Shown: positions 19,212 through 28,731, numbered from the stretch's first letter. The stretch is 64,000 nt of DNA from an uncultured Agathobaculum sp. (GCA_944380985.1 CALWJJ010000005.1:21648-85647); one strand, 5' to 3'. Notes: generated by a model not told the origin, from the sequence alone. Translations and numbers: made by a program.

Positions 19212-19907
19212 TCAGGTTTCCATTCCGTAGATTTTCCGGTATTCCGCGCTTTCGACGAGCAGCGGCGGCTCGACAAGCAGACCCTCCGCGCTGCCGCCTT
19301 TGCGGCACTCGGCGAGTACCGCGCTTGGCGCGGCGGCCGCATGCTGGTGCACAAAGCGCAGCCGCTTGGGCGCGAGGCGCACGCGGGAGAGGGCTTCGAG
19401 CAGTGTCCACAGCCGCTCCGGGCGGAAAACAAATGCTGCCTTGCCGCCCGTGCGCAGCACAAACGAGCAGGCAAGGGCGACGTCCTCGAGCGTGCAGGAT
19501 ACATCCTGCCGCGCGGTGCGCTTTTCGGGCGCGGGGGCGTTTTTGCCCGCGTTACGGTCAAAGTAGGGCGGGTTGCAGATAACATAATCCATGCTGCCGT
19601 GCGGCAGCAGCGCGCGTATCTCGCGCAGATCGCCGTGCAGTGCGGTCATCTCTAAGCCGTTGTCCGCAATGGATTGACGGAACAGGTCGAGCGCGCCCTG
19701 CTGGATCTCCAGCCCGGTAATGCGCAGATCCGGCCGGTAAAGCAGCAGCGCGAGCGCACCCGTGCCGCAGCCCAGATCGAGCACGCGCGCGCCTCGGCGC
19801 GGACAGGCAAAGGCAGAGAGCAGCACGCTGTCCTGCCCGAGCTTAAAATAGCGGTCGTCCTGCCGCAGGGTCAGGCCGTTTGGTAGCTGTTCAATGGTTT
19901 GCGGCAT
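19212..19907 (-). CDS. SAM-dependent methyltransferase, tRNA1(Val) A37 N6-methylase (YfiC/YabB) type
   Basis: DSVLLS, LDLGCGTG, CNPPYF motifs; adjacent to rsmI as in other Firmicutes. Confidence 0.85.
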   Translation of the reverse strand: MPQTIEQLPNGLTLRQDDRYFKLGQDSVLLSAFACPRRGARVLDLGCGTGALALLLYRPDLRITGLEIQQGALDLFRQSIADNGLEMTALHGDLREIRALLPHGSMDYVICNPPYFDRNAGKNAPAPEKRTARQDVSCTLEDVALACSFVLRTGGKAAFVFRPERLWTLLEALSRVRLAPKRLRFVHQHAAAAPSAVLAECRKGGSAEGLLVEPPLLVESAEYRKIYGMET

Positions 19908-19972
19908 GCGCTTTCCCTCCCGCCGGTTAGAAAAGGGGCCGGCCCGTCCGGGCCAGCCCCCTGGATAGATCG

Positions 19973-20356
19973 TTATTTGTCTGCATGGGCGCCAAATTTT
20001 TGCACATGCTCCTTGAGTTTGTCAAAGGTAATTGGGCTGATCACATGCTCGACGCGGCAGGCATCCTCCGCCGCGATCTCGGGCGGAACGCCCAGGCGGG
20101 TCAGCAGATCGGTCAGCACGGTGTGGCGCTCGTAGATGGTTTCGGCAATTTTGCGGCCGGATTCGGTCAACTCGAGCAGACCGCTTTGGTCGATCGAAAC
20201 ATAGCCGTTATCACGCAGCAGACCGACCGCGCGGCTGATGCTTGGTTTGGAAAAGCCGGTATAGTGCGCTACGTCAATCGAGCGAACCTGCCCGTTTTTC
20301 TGCATCAGGACCAGAATAGCCTCCAGATAGTTTTCAGCGCTTTCCTGAATTTTCAC
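19973..20356 (-). CDS. DtxR/MntR family metal-dependent regulator (short form, no SH3 domain)
   Basis: ESAENYLE, SKPSISRAV, YERH, AEDACRVEHVIS motifs. Confidence 0.9.
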   Translation of the reverse strand: MKIQESAENYLEAILVLMQKNGQVRSIDVAHYTGFSKPSISRAVGLLRDNGYVSIDQSGLLELTESGRKIAETIYERHTVLTDLLTRLGVPPEIAAEDACRVEHVISPITFDKLKEHVQKFGAHADK

Positions 20357-20491
20357 TTTGCAGGCCCTCCTTTATCAGCGGATTGATGAGATAGTGTTTT
20401 TATTTTATCACGCCTGCCGTTTTTTTGCAAGCAGAGCGCCCTTGCAGGGGCGGGGATTTTTCGGTACAATGGAGAAAACGGAGGAACACAC

Positions 20492-21238
20492 ATGAAAGTA
20501 TTCTTATCACCGGCCAAAAACATGCGCGTGATGCCGCAGGTGCGGCCGGACACGCCCGCGGCGACAGAGCCGGGCTATCTTTACAAGGCTGAGGGGCTGG
20601 CGGCCGCGCTCTCATCCAAGGCGCCCTACGAGCTGGAGAGCATTTTGCAGACCAGCCCGGCCATTGCGCTGCGCGCCGCCGCGCTGTATCAGGATTGGAA
20701 AAACCAGGGCGGCGTGCCTGCCATCTTCGCCTATGACGGGCTGGCATATAAATATCTGGAGGCCGAGACACTCACACCAGGCGATCTGATGTTTGCCCAG
20801 CAGCACCTGCGGCTGTTTTCCGCTTTTTACGGTCCGCTGCGCCCGCTGGACGCTATCCAGCCCTACCGTCTCGAGCTGGCGCACAAGCTGGACGGGCAGA
20901 GCCTGTATGCTTTCTGGGGTCGTGCGTTTTACGATGCGCTGTTCGGCGAAGGGGAGGGCATTGCGGTCAATCTGGCTTCGAGCGAATACAGCAAGGCCGT
21001 GCGGCCGCACCTTCGGACGGACAACCGCATGATAACCTGCGAGTTTCTGACCTACCGCAAGGGCAAGCTGCGCTGCCTTGCAACCATGGCCAAAATGGCG
21101 CGCGGCCGCATGGCGCGGTACATTTTGCAAAACCGCATCGAAGCGCCCGAGCAGCTGACCTTTTTCGACTGGAACGACTTCCAGTATGAACAGAGCCTGT
21201 CGGACAACAATACGCTCACCTTTATCGCCCGCGCATAA
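20492..21238 (+). CDS. yaaA: YaaA family peroxide-stress protein
   Basis: LSPAK, PAIFAYDG..Y, SAFYGPLRPLDAIQPYRLE, NLASSEY, AKMARG.MAR. Confidence 0.9.
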   Translation: MKVFLSPAKNMRVMPQVRPDTPAATEPGYLYKAEGLAAALSSKAPYELESILQTSPAIALRAAALYQDWKNQGGVPAIFAYDGLAYKYLEAETLTPGDLMFAQQHLRLFSAFYGPLRPLDAIQPYRLELAHKLDGQSLYAFWGRAFYDALFGEGEGIAVNLASSEYSKAVRPHLRTDNRMITCEFLTYRKGKLRCLATMAKMARGRMARYILQNRIEAPEQLTFFDWNDFQYEQSLSDNNTLTFIARA

Positions 21239-21274
21239 AAAATACCGCTCCACATCGGTGAAGCGGTATTGGTC

Positions 21275-21838
21275 TTATAATGTCTGGCCGTCCTGCGGGG
21301 GAGTCTGCGGCTGCTCCTGCGCCGGGGGTTGTGGCTGAGGCGCGACAGGCGTGGCGCCACCCTGCGGGGGCGTGACCGGCTGCTCGGGCGCTGGGGCGCC
21401 TTGCACCGGGGGATGGGGTTGCTCAGGCTCATCGGGCAGCGGACCCATTTTGCGGTTGACCTCCTGCACATTGCGGCATAGCACGAGCAGCAGCAGCGCA
21501 TATTCATATACGATGCGCGCGATCAGGTTGCCGCAAACAAAGAACACCAGCGCGAAGAAAAACTGTGAAAACAGCAGCATCACGCTGTATACAGCGATCG
21601 CAACAACAGTGATACAGTAGAGCGCACGCAGCAGCCGCTCGGTAAAGAACGTGCGGAACGTGAAAATATCGTGCAGCTTGGCAGTTGCGCCCTGGTAGTG
21701 GTTGGGCTTTCGAACAAACAGGAAATACAGCGCAAGGCCGCCCGCGATAATAACAATCAGCGCCAGTACGGGCAGAAAAAAGTTGTAAAACGCAGATGTA
21801 TAGCTGTATGCATAAGAATACGGAAATGAAGTATACAT
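21275..21838 (-). CDS. Small membrane protein (DUF4282-like) with Pro/Gln-rich C-terminal tail
   Basis: AGGAGG RBS; three hydrophobic helices, F.F..F, RIVYEY motif; tail PEQPHPPVQGAPAPEQP... Confidence 0.6.
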   Translation of the reverse strand: MYTSFPYSYAYSYTSAFYNFFLPVLALIVIIAGGLALYFLFVRKPNHYQGATAKLHDIFTFRTFFTERLLRALYCITVVAIAVYSVMLLFSQFFFALVFFVCGNLIARIVYEYALLLLVLCRNVQEVNRKMGPLPDEPEQPHPPVQGAPAPEQPVTPPQGGATPVAPQPQPPAQEQPQTPPQDGQTL

Positions 21839-21960
21839 GGGTTTCCTCCTAACAACACTGAGAAATTTGTAGTATTAGTGTACCATAGATGGGAAACCGT
21901 TGCAAGAGCAAACGAAATGATGTACCCTATAAACGAAGTATGTCGAACAGGAGAACGGAT

Positions 21961-23055
21961 ATGAGGATTCTGCAAACAAGCCCCGCGCAGGATGGGTTTT
22001 TCATGCCCGCAGAGTTTGCCCCGCACGAGGGCTGCCTGATGATCTGGCCCGAGCGGGCGGATTCGTGGCAATACGGCGCATATGCCGCGCGCCGCGCCTT
22101 TTTGCGCGTGATAGACGAGATAAGCCGCAGTGAGAAAATGACCGTGCTATGTTCCGAGCGGCAATATGACAATGCCCGCGCCCAGCTTCCGCCGCAGGTG
22201 CGTCTTGTTGTGATGGAGACGGACGACGCCTGGGCACGTGATATAGGGCCGACCTTTGTTGTAAACGGCCGGGGTGAGCGTCGCGGCATTGACTGGGGCT
22301 TTAACGCCTGGGGCGGAACGGTGGACGGTCTTTATCCGAGTTGGGAAAAGGACAACCGCGCTGCGCGCAAGTTCTGCGACCTTATAGAGGCTGATTGCTA
22401 CGATAAGCGGGATTTTATTTGCGAGGGCGGCTCGATCCACGTTGACGGCGAGGGTACCGCGCTTGTCACCGAAGCGTGCTTGCTGTCCGCAGGGCGAAAC
22501 CCGGCGCTGTCCAAAAATGAGATCGAGCGCACGCTGTGCGATTATCTGGGCGTATCTAAGGTGATTTGGCTGCCGCGCGGCATCTATAACGACGAGACCA
22601 ACGAGCATGTGGACAATGTGTGTGCGTTTACAGCGCCGGGAGAGGTTGTACTCGCGTGGACAGATGACGAGTGCGATCCCCAATATAAACTGTCCGAGGA
22701 GAGCCTGCGTGCGCTCGAGGGCGCGGTGGACGCCAAGGGACGCCGGCTTCGCGTACACAAACTGCCGCTGCCCGCGCCCGTGACCATCACGGCCGAGGAG
22801 TGCGATGGGCTTGACCTGTGTGACGGTGCACCCACCCGCACGCCGGGCGAGCGGCTTGCGGCGAGCTATGTTAATTTCTATATTGCGAATGGCTCGGTTG
22901 TCATGCCCGCCTTTGGCGATCCGATGGACAAAACCGCGCAGGCGATTTTACAAAGCCTGTTCCCGACGCGCAGGGTAGTTGCCATTCCCGCGCGCGATAT
23001 TCTAATCGGCGGGGGTAATATTCACTGCATTACCCAGCAGATTCCCAAAGCATAA
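21961..23055 (+). CDS. aguA: Agmatine deiminase
   Basis: MPAEF, W.RD.GP, EGGSIHVDGEGT, ETNEHVDN, ASYVNF, GGGNIHCITQQ catalytic motifs. Confidence 0.96.
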   Translation: MRILQTSPAQDGFFMPAEFAPHEGCLMIWPERADSWQYGAYAARRAFLRVIDEISRSEKMTVLCSERQYDNARAQLPPQVRLVVMETDDAWARDIGPTFVVNGRGERRGIDWGFNAWGGTVDGLYPSWEKDNRAARKFCDLIEADCYDKRDFICEGGSIHVDGEGTALVTEACLLSAGRNPALSKNEIERTLCDYLGVSKVIWLPRGIYNDETNEHVDNVCAFTAPGEVVLAWTDDECDPQYKLSEESLRALEGAVDAKGRRLRVHKLPLPAPVTITAEECDGLDLCDGAPTRTPGERLAASYVNFYIANGSVVMPAFGDPMDKTAQAILQSLFPTRRVVAIPARDILIGGGNIHCITQQIPKA

Positions 23056-23084
23056 GCATTCTGAAAAATAAAAGGAGCATTCAG

Positions 23085-23948
23085 ATGAGCAAAGTAACCG
23101 TTGCCGCAATCCAAATGACCTATGGCCTTACAAGTGCAGTTGAACACGTTCGTCAGGCCGCCGCGCAGGGCGCGCAGATCATTCTGCTGCCCGAGCTGTT
23201 TGAAAACTGGTATTTCTGTCAGGAAAAGAACTATGAGAATTATCAGCTTGCGACAACGCTCGAGCAAAACCCTGCGGTAAACGCGCTGAAAGAAACGGCG
23301 CGCGAGCTGGCGGTCGTGCTGCCGGTCAGCTATTACGAGCGCGTGGGCAACACGACGTTTAACACGGTCGCGGTGATCGACGCGGACGGGTTGGTGCTCG
23401 GTCAGTACCGCAAGACCCATATCCCGGACGATCAGTTTTACCAGGAAAAATTCTACTTTACGCCCGGCGATACCGGCTTTCGCGTGTGGGATACCGCCTA
23501 TGCCAAAATTGGCGTTGGCATCTGCTGGGATCAATGGTTTCCCGAATCTGCGCGCTGTATGGCGCTGATGGGCGCTGAGTTGCTGTTTTATCCGACTGCG
23601 ATCGGCTCCGAGCCTATTTTGGACTGCGACTCCATGCTGCACTGGCGGCGCTGCATGCAGGGCCATGCAGCGGCGAATATCATGCCGCTTGTGGCGGCAA
23701 ACCGCATCGGCACTGAGACCGTCACCCCCTCGCCGGACAACCAGAATCAGTCCTCGTCGCTGACATTTTACGGCTCGTCTTTCATCGCCGACGAGACCGG
23801 CGGGTTGGTCGAGGAGGCAGGGCGCGACAACGCGTGCATCCTGACGCATACGTTCGATCTGGACGAGATCTGTGCGCTGCGCCGCAGCTGGGGCACATTC
23901 CGCGACCGGCGTCCGGAGATGTACGGCCCGATGGCGCACTTTGGCTGA
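23085..23948 (+). CDS. aguB: N-carbamoylputrescine amidase (nitrilase superfamily)
   Basis: LLPELF, YRKTHIPD, GICWDQWFPE, YPTAIGSEP, FRDRRP; E-K-C triad; follows aguA. Confidence 0.94.
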   Translation: MSKVTVAAIQMTYGLTSAVEHVRQAAAQGAQIILLPELFENWYFCQEKNYENYQLATTLEQNPAVNALKETARELAVVLPVSYYERVGNTTFNTVAVIDADGLVLGQYRKTHIPDDQFYQEKFYFTPGDTGFRVWDTAYAKIGVGICWDQWFPESARCMALMGAELLFYPTAIGSEPILDCDSMLHWRRCMQGHAAANIMPLVAANRIGTETVTPSPDNQNQSSSLTFYGSSFIADETGGLVEEAGRDNACILTHTFDLDEICALRRSWGTFRDRRPEMYGPMAHFG

Positions 23949-23951
23949 AAG

Positions 23952-23996
23952 CAACCCCCCTCGGGCAGCGCAGAGCGCGCTGCCCGAGGGGGGTTG
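23952..23996 (+). terminator. Long GC hairpin after aguB
   Basis: 20-bp perfect IR caacccccctcgggcagcgc / gcgctgcccgaggggggttg. Confidence 0.75.
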
Positions 23997-24267
23997 TTAA
24001 TATCAGGTCTGCTTCGACAGGCCGGCCATATTTGCTATGGTGCACCAAATGTATTTATTGATAAATGCGTTCCGGCCCATGTGAAATTGATTTGCCGAGG
24101 ACCCGATCCGGGCAAGCAGTGCGGCATCTATCCGGATGGATAGCTGCTCAATGCAATAAGGTTTCGGAACAAAAGTTCCCCATTTTTTCGCACCGCCTTT
24201 TCAAAAGGGTGCAGCTATTAGTACGACCTGTTTATATGCCTAAATTAAAATAAAACTTCAAAAGGCT

Positions 24268-25758
24268 TTATAGCTCCTGTCTAGCCTGCCGGATCTCATC
24301 GAGCAGACGCTGCTGCGTATCGTCAAACAGAAGCTGCTTATTGTGTGCGTAATATGCATCGCTTCCGAAATTCTGAATAAACCATGAGATAAAGTAGTTC
24401 GCGGTCAGCTCGGTGGCAAACAGCACAAGCTCCTGGCTGTTCGGGATGGCCTCGTCGAGAAAGGCAAATGCGTTTGCAAGCTGCCGGTCGGTCTGCTCGG
24501 CTGCATCCGCACGTGCCTGCACGTCGTCCTGAAACAGCGCCTTGAGCCGGTCAAACGCCTGTCCGCGCGGCACTTTCTCAAGCGAGATCGTCTGCTGGAA
24601 GCCAGCGAGACGCTCAGCCTCGCGCGCGGCGACGAACAGCGCGTCACGATCGGCCGCGCCCGCAGCCCGGTGGTGTGCAAGCGCAGCCTGCTTTTCGTCA
24701 AGCAGCGTGCCAAGCGTCTTTTCACCCTCGCGCACGCAGATTAGATCCTGGTGCAGCGCGCCGGTCAGGCCGTCCAGCCGGTAGGTCTCGCGCGCGCTGT
24801 CCGTCAGCCGCGCGATGAGCAGGCCGATGACGCCTAGCTTTTCGTCAAAGGCGGCGTCTGCAAGTTCGCGGGCGCGCAGCTTTTCCCAGCTGCCGTTCAG
24901 AATCTCTTCAATGCGGTAGACGCGCTTGTATTTTTCATAGAGCTGCAAATAGTTTGCAAAATCGCTTGCCACACGCGGCAGCTGTAAATATTGACCGACC
25001 ACCTGCCGGTCGACCGGAAGGCCGAGCGATTCGTACACCTGCATCAGCTCGGACAGATCCTCCCAGCCGCGCGCGGTGACAAACTGCATGCCGTCCGCTG
25101 CCGCCTCGACGCGGTAGAAGTGGTCGCGCCGAATCTCAAGATACGACAGGATGGCGCCGTGTACGCCGCGCCGGTAGGCGTACTCTTTCCAGACCGTAAA
25201 GTCCTCCTCCACATCAATACGCTTGACGCGGTCGAGCGTGACTACATCAAACTCGCGCACGGACTTGTTGTATTCAGGCGGGTTGCCTGCGGCAACGACC
25301 ACCCAGCCCGCAGGCAGCTGCTGGTTGCCAAAGGTTTTGCACTGCAAAAACTGCAACATCATGGGGGAAAGGGTTTCTGAGATGCAGTTGATCTCATCGA
25401 GGAACAAGATGCCCTCGCGAACGCCTGTGCGCGCGATTTCGCGGTAGACCGAGGCGATGATCTCGCTCATCGTGTAGGCTGTGACCGCGTATTCCTGTCC
25501 GTCAAAGGTCTCGTGTTCGATATAGGGCAGGCCGAGCGCCGACTGGCGCGTGTGGTGGGTGAGCGTGTAGGATACAAGTCCTACGCCGGTCTCGTCCGCT
25601 ATCTGCTGCATGATCTGGGTTTTGCCGATACCCGGCGGGCCCATAAGCAGGATGGGGCGCTGCCGGATGGGCGGGATGCGATATACGCCGAACGCATCGC
25701 GCGCAAAATAGGCGCGCAGTGCGTTTTTGATCTCGTTTTTGGCTCGCTTGATGTTCAT
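24268..25758 (-). CDS. AAA+ ATPase (MoxR/dynein-related AAA_5 type) with helical C-terminal extension
   Basis: Walker A GPPGIGKT, Walker B ILFLDEIN, VAAGNP sensor, TARGWED; start MNIKRAK at 25758 after GGAGG. Confidence 0.85.
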   Translation of the reverse strand: MNIKRAKNEIKNALRAYFARDAFGVYRIPPIRQRPILLMGPPGIGKTQIMQQIADETGVGLVSYTLTHHTRQSALGLPYIEHETFDGQEYAVTAYTMSEIIASVYREIARTGVREGILFLDEINCISETLSPMMLQFLQCKTFGNQQLPAGWVVVAAGNPPEYNKSVREFDVVTLDRVKRIDVEEDFTVWKEYAYRRGVHGAILSYLEIRRDHFYRVEAAADGMQFVTARGWEDLSELMQVYESLGLPVDRQVVGQYLQLPRVASDFANYLQLYEKYKRVYRIEEILNGSWEKLRARELADAAFDEKLGVIGLLIARLTDSARETYRLDGLTGALHQDLICVREGEKTLGTLLDEKQAALAHHRAAGAADRDALFVAAREAERLAGFQQTISLEKVPRGQAFDRLKALFQDDVQARADAAEQTDRQLANAFAFLDEAIPNSQELVLFATELTANYFISWFIQNFGSDAYYAHNKQLLFDDTQQRLLDEIRQARQEL

Positions 25759-25759
25759 G

Positions 25760-27058
25760 TTATCCTCCTTGCGCGGCAAAAATTTCGTTTTCGCGCAGCA
25801 CTGCGCGGATGCCCCATGGGGGTACGTTTTCCGGATGCGCATCGCCCTCGAGCATGACGAACGCCGCATCGTATTTGGGTGGTTTTTGGGGGTAGATGCC
25901 CAGTCCGTCGGTAAAATAGATCATGCCGCGCAGGTGGTGGAACGCGCCTTCGGCAACCAGCTTGTCCACATGCTCAAACACCGGACGGAAGTCGGTTGCC
26001 GACTGGCCGATCAGCTCAAACCTGTCCATGTATGCGCGCAGGTCACGCGCACTTGTGATGCGCTTGTCCGAGCGAAGCTGATCGTCGCATTGCAGGATGC
26101 GCAGGTTGATGTGCCGGAAAAAGCTTTCGCTGTCCGTAAGAAGTGAGTAGGTATAGGATAAAAACTGTCGAACCAGTTCGCCCGAGGTCGACATCGAGGT
26201 ATCGATCGCAATGACGAAATCCTCAATTTTGCGCACTTCACGGGTTTCGAGCGGTTCGATCAGCGGTAGGTTGCCATAGTGCCGCAGGCCATAGGCGTAG
26301 TAGCCGTAGTCAAATGCGTCGGCGTCGATTGCGACCTCCTCACGCAACGCGGCAAAGCGGCGCAGAAAGGCGCGGTAATCGGTTGTTGGCTGCGCGGCAA
26401 CGGCGAGCTGTTCGCGTACAGCCTCGCCCCCTGTCGACTGGTTGGAGAACACAGTCTCCATGGCGGTCTGGGTCTGCGAGGCAGTGCGCTGCCACTGGCG
26501 GTCCTGCTCGTCTTCATTTGAGGCGGGCCAAAGCGAGTGGTCGTCTATATAGAACACGCGGGCAAGCGTAGCGCAATCATAGGCGCTGAGCCGCTCGCGC
26601 CGAAACTGACGGTAAATCGCCTCGGCAGTCAGCACTGGCATAGACTGGCGCAGCCCCCGGTAGGCGTTTTGGCGGCGGATAGAGGGTTTGTCCGCCTGTA
26701 CGCAGCGGTAGTCGAGCGCGTCGAGCATGCTTTCGACCGCAATATCGCATGCAAGATCCCACAGCGGCAGGTCGCGTCCGCGCGTTTTGGCGGGGTGGCG
26801 CAGCAGGCAGTGGAACACGGTATGCAGATAGGCGCGGTTGACCTGCGCGCGCGCCTGCTCGAGCTGCTGCGCCAGCCACGCGCCGCTGAAATACAGGTGT
26901 CTGGCGTCGGTCGCAAGCGTTGCCGTGTCATAGTCTTGATCGGTGATGGTGAGCGCGGAAAGCGCCAGATCGAGAAAAGGCATGTGCATATACAGCTCGG
27001 TGCGGGCCGCGGTCAGGATCTCCCGGCCGATCGTCTGCCAACGCTCGCTTTGGGGCAC
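25760..27058 (-). CDS. DUF2201-type protein: N-terminal metallopeptidase-like domain plus C-terminal vWA domain
   Basis: HTVFHCLLRH motif, MIDAS DTSMS, GQSATDFRPVF, YFTDG; GTG start at 27058 after GGAGG (alternative start 27103). Confidence 0.75.
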   Translation of the reverse strand: MPQSERWQTIGREILTAARTELYMHMPFLDLALSALTITDQDYDTATLATDARHLYFSGAWLAQQLEQARAQVNRAYLHTVFHCLLRHPAKTRGRDLPLWDLACDIAVESMLDALDYRCVQADKPSIRRQNAYRGLRQSMPVLTAEAIYRQFRRERLSAYDCATLARVFYIDDHSLWPASNEDEQDRQWQRTASQTQTAMETVFSNQSTGGEAVREQLAVAAQPTTDYRAFLRRFAALREEVAIDADAFDYGYYAYGLRHYGNLPLIEPLETREVRKIEDFVIAIDTSMSTSGELVRQFLSYTYSLLTDSESFFRHINLRILQCDDQLRSDKRITSARDLRAYMDRFELIGQSATDFRPVFEHVDKLVAEGAFHHLRGMIYFTDGLGIYPQKPPKYDAAFVMLEGDAHPENVPPWGIRAVLRENEIFAAQGG

Positions 27059-27099
27059 GACGCCACCTCCTCTGGTTTTGGTCAAATGATTTTTATGCA

Positions 27100-28074
27100 T
27101 CACAGGTTGAACGACTTAGTCCGCCCGCTGGGCGCGTTTTGTCCGATGGCGGCCAGCAGCACGGACAGCGCGGCGGTCTGCTCGTTTTCACGGGCGGTAT
27201 CGCACGCGGCCGATATATCGCGCGCCGACAGCACGCCGCGCGACAGAAGAAAGCTGAGCGCCGTGCTCTCACCCGCCGCAGCGCATGCGCGCGCCAACTC
27301 GCCGCCGTGTGCGCGCAGACAGTCGAGATACATATCGCGCGCGGCGTCCGACAGTCCGAAGGGCGCGGCCAGCCGCCGTGCTGCAATGCGGGCTGCGTCG
27401 ATAAAATCGTGCCGCGCGATGAGGCCGTCGAGTGCGCGGTCGTACTGATGGGGCTGGAACACACCGGCGGCAAAACATTCGCGGTAACCGTAGCCCGCGC
27501 CGTGGATGCGCCGCTGGAAGATATGCGCGGCTGTCACGGTCTCAAGCTCCTCGCTGTATGCGGGGAAAAGCAGCCGCGCCGCCGCGCCGTTATGGTAGAA
27601 TACAACATCCAGCTCGCCCGCGTGTTCGTTTAGAATTTTACGCAGACAGGTTGGCCCGGCGGGATCGGCATACAGGCGGACGGCGTGCAGCGCGCGGCAG
27701 TTCATCAGTGTTTCGCCGCCGAAGTCGCGCACCGAGGCGGTTATCGTCAGGCTTTCCAGACGGCGGCAGTTGTAAAACGCATATGCGCCCACGCTTTGCA
27801 GATGCGCCGGCAGTGTGACCGCGCGTATGGCGCCCGCGTCGTGCACAGGGTCGGCGGCGCCGCAGGTGACGCGCACATGGAACGCATCGCCCGGCAGGAC
27901 GGCAGGCGGGCGCGCGCTCATCGAGTAGGCGCCAAGCGATACAACCGGCGCGCCGGCGATCTCATCCGGCAGACAAACGCTCTCGTCGCTCGTTGCGCAG
28001 CGCAGGATGGAAACACCGGCGGGTGTTTGCAGGCAGGTCAGCAGCAGCTCGTTTTCCCCTTCGATAATGTGCAT
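27100..28074 (-). CDS. Leucine-rich repeat (BspA/LRR_5-type) cytoplasmic protein
   Basis: LPDEIAGAPVVSLGAY, TLPAHLQSVGAYAFYNCRRLESL repeats; ATG at 28074 after AAGGAGG; no signal peptide. Confidence 0.75.
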   Translation of the reverse strand: MHIIEGENELLLTCLQTPAGVSILRCATSDESVCLPDEIAGAPVVSLGAYSMSARPPAVLPGDAFHVRVTCGAADPVHDAGAIRAVTLPAHLQSVGAYAFYNCRRLESLTITASVRDFGGETLMNCRALHAVRLYADPAGPTCLRKILNEHAGELDVVFYHNGAAARLLFPAYSEELETVTAAHIFQRRIHGAGYGYRECFAAGVFQPHQYDRALDGLIARHDFIDAARIAARRLAAPFGLSDAARDMYLDCLRAHGGELARACAAAGESTALSFLLSRGVLSARDISAACDTARENEQTAALSVLLAAIGQNAPSGRTKSFNL

Positions 28075-28114
28075 GGCGCGCCTCCTTTCTCGGCTGTTTC
28101 TCTGTTCGGCTTCG

Positions 28115-28143
28115 ATTATAGCACAGCCGCTGCGGCGCGGCAA
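28115..28143 (-). promoter_or_regulatory. Sigma-A promoter of LRR-vWA-AAA operon
   Basis: Minus strand TTGCCG-17 bp-TATAAT. Confidence 0.55.
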
Positions 28144-28248
28144 CAAAAGTGGCGCGTTTTTGTCCGTTTTTGCGCCGGTGGATAGAAATGTTGCGAGAGC
28201 GATAAGAAAGTATCAGCGTAATAAATTATAAAAATTTACAAAACAGTC

Positions 28249-28277
28249 TTGACAAAGCGGGAGGATGGGAATATACT
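28249..28277 (+). promoter_or_regulatory. Sigma-A promoter of the T-box leader
   Basis: TTGACA-17 bp-TATACT. Confidence 0.75.
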
Positions 28278-28289
28278 GTGCCCATAGCG

Positions 28290-28572
28290 CAAAACCGATG
28301 ACGAAGACGAGTAGCGGGGAAGCCAAACCTCCAAGAGAGCCGCGGGCGGTGGGATCGCGGCAGGCAAGGACCCGGTGAATGGACTTTATCAGGGCAAGGC
28401 GAAAGGGATTGCTCCCAAGTAGCTGCGACGGGGACTCCGCCCGTTATCAGGGGAAGCACGCATTGTCGGATGCGTGGAAACGAGCGGACGCAGATGCGTC
28501 AACTTGGGTGGCACCGCAAGAGCTGGTTGATAAGCTCCTGTCCCATGGCATACATGGGATGGGGGCTTTTTT
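28290..28572 (+). ncRNA. T-box riboswitch, tryptophan specifier (UGG)
   Basis: AGTAG, AGAGAGC and GGTGGGA stem-I motifs; GAA-TGG-A specifier (TGG 28380-28382); T-box AACTTGGGTGGCACCGC (28501-28517); terminator hairpin plus T-run ending about 28572. Confidence 0.92.
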
Positions 28573-28731
28573 GATTGCGTGCAGCCCCTTTGGCAAATTC
28601 TTTCCGACAGACCGAGGTTTTTCCAAATGCCGCAAAAAGTCGGTATACCTGGATTTTTATCAAACATACAGCGTGGCGGCGCGGAAAAACGCAGGCAAAC
28701 CATTTATGCATAGAAAGAGAGGAGACCCACC

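Noticed and set aside
18262-19410. Long N-terminal extension of rsmI (also the extended ORF starts for AAA ATPase, reductase, cbiO and GT-C)
   Set aside because: Downstream starts have a proper RBS and family-typical N-termini; the extensions are open-frame artefacts
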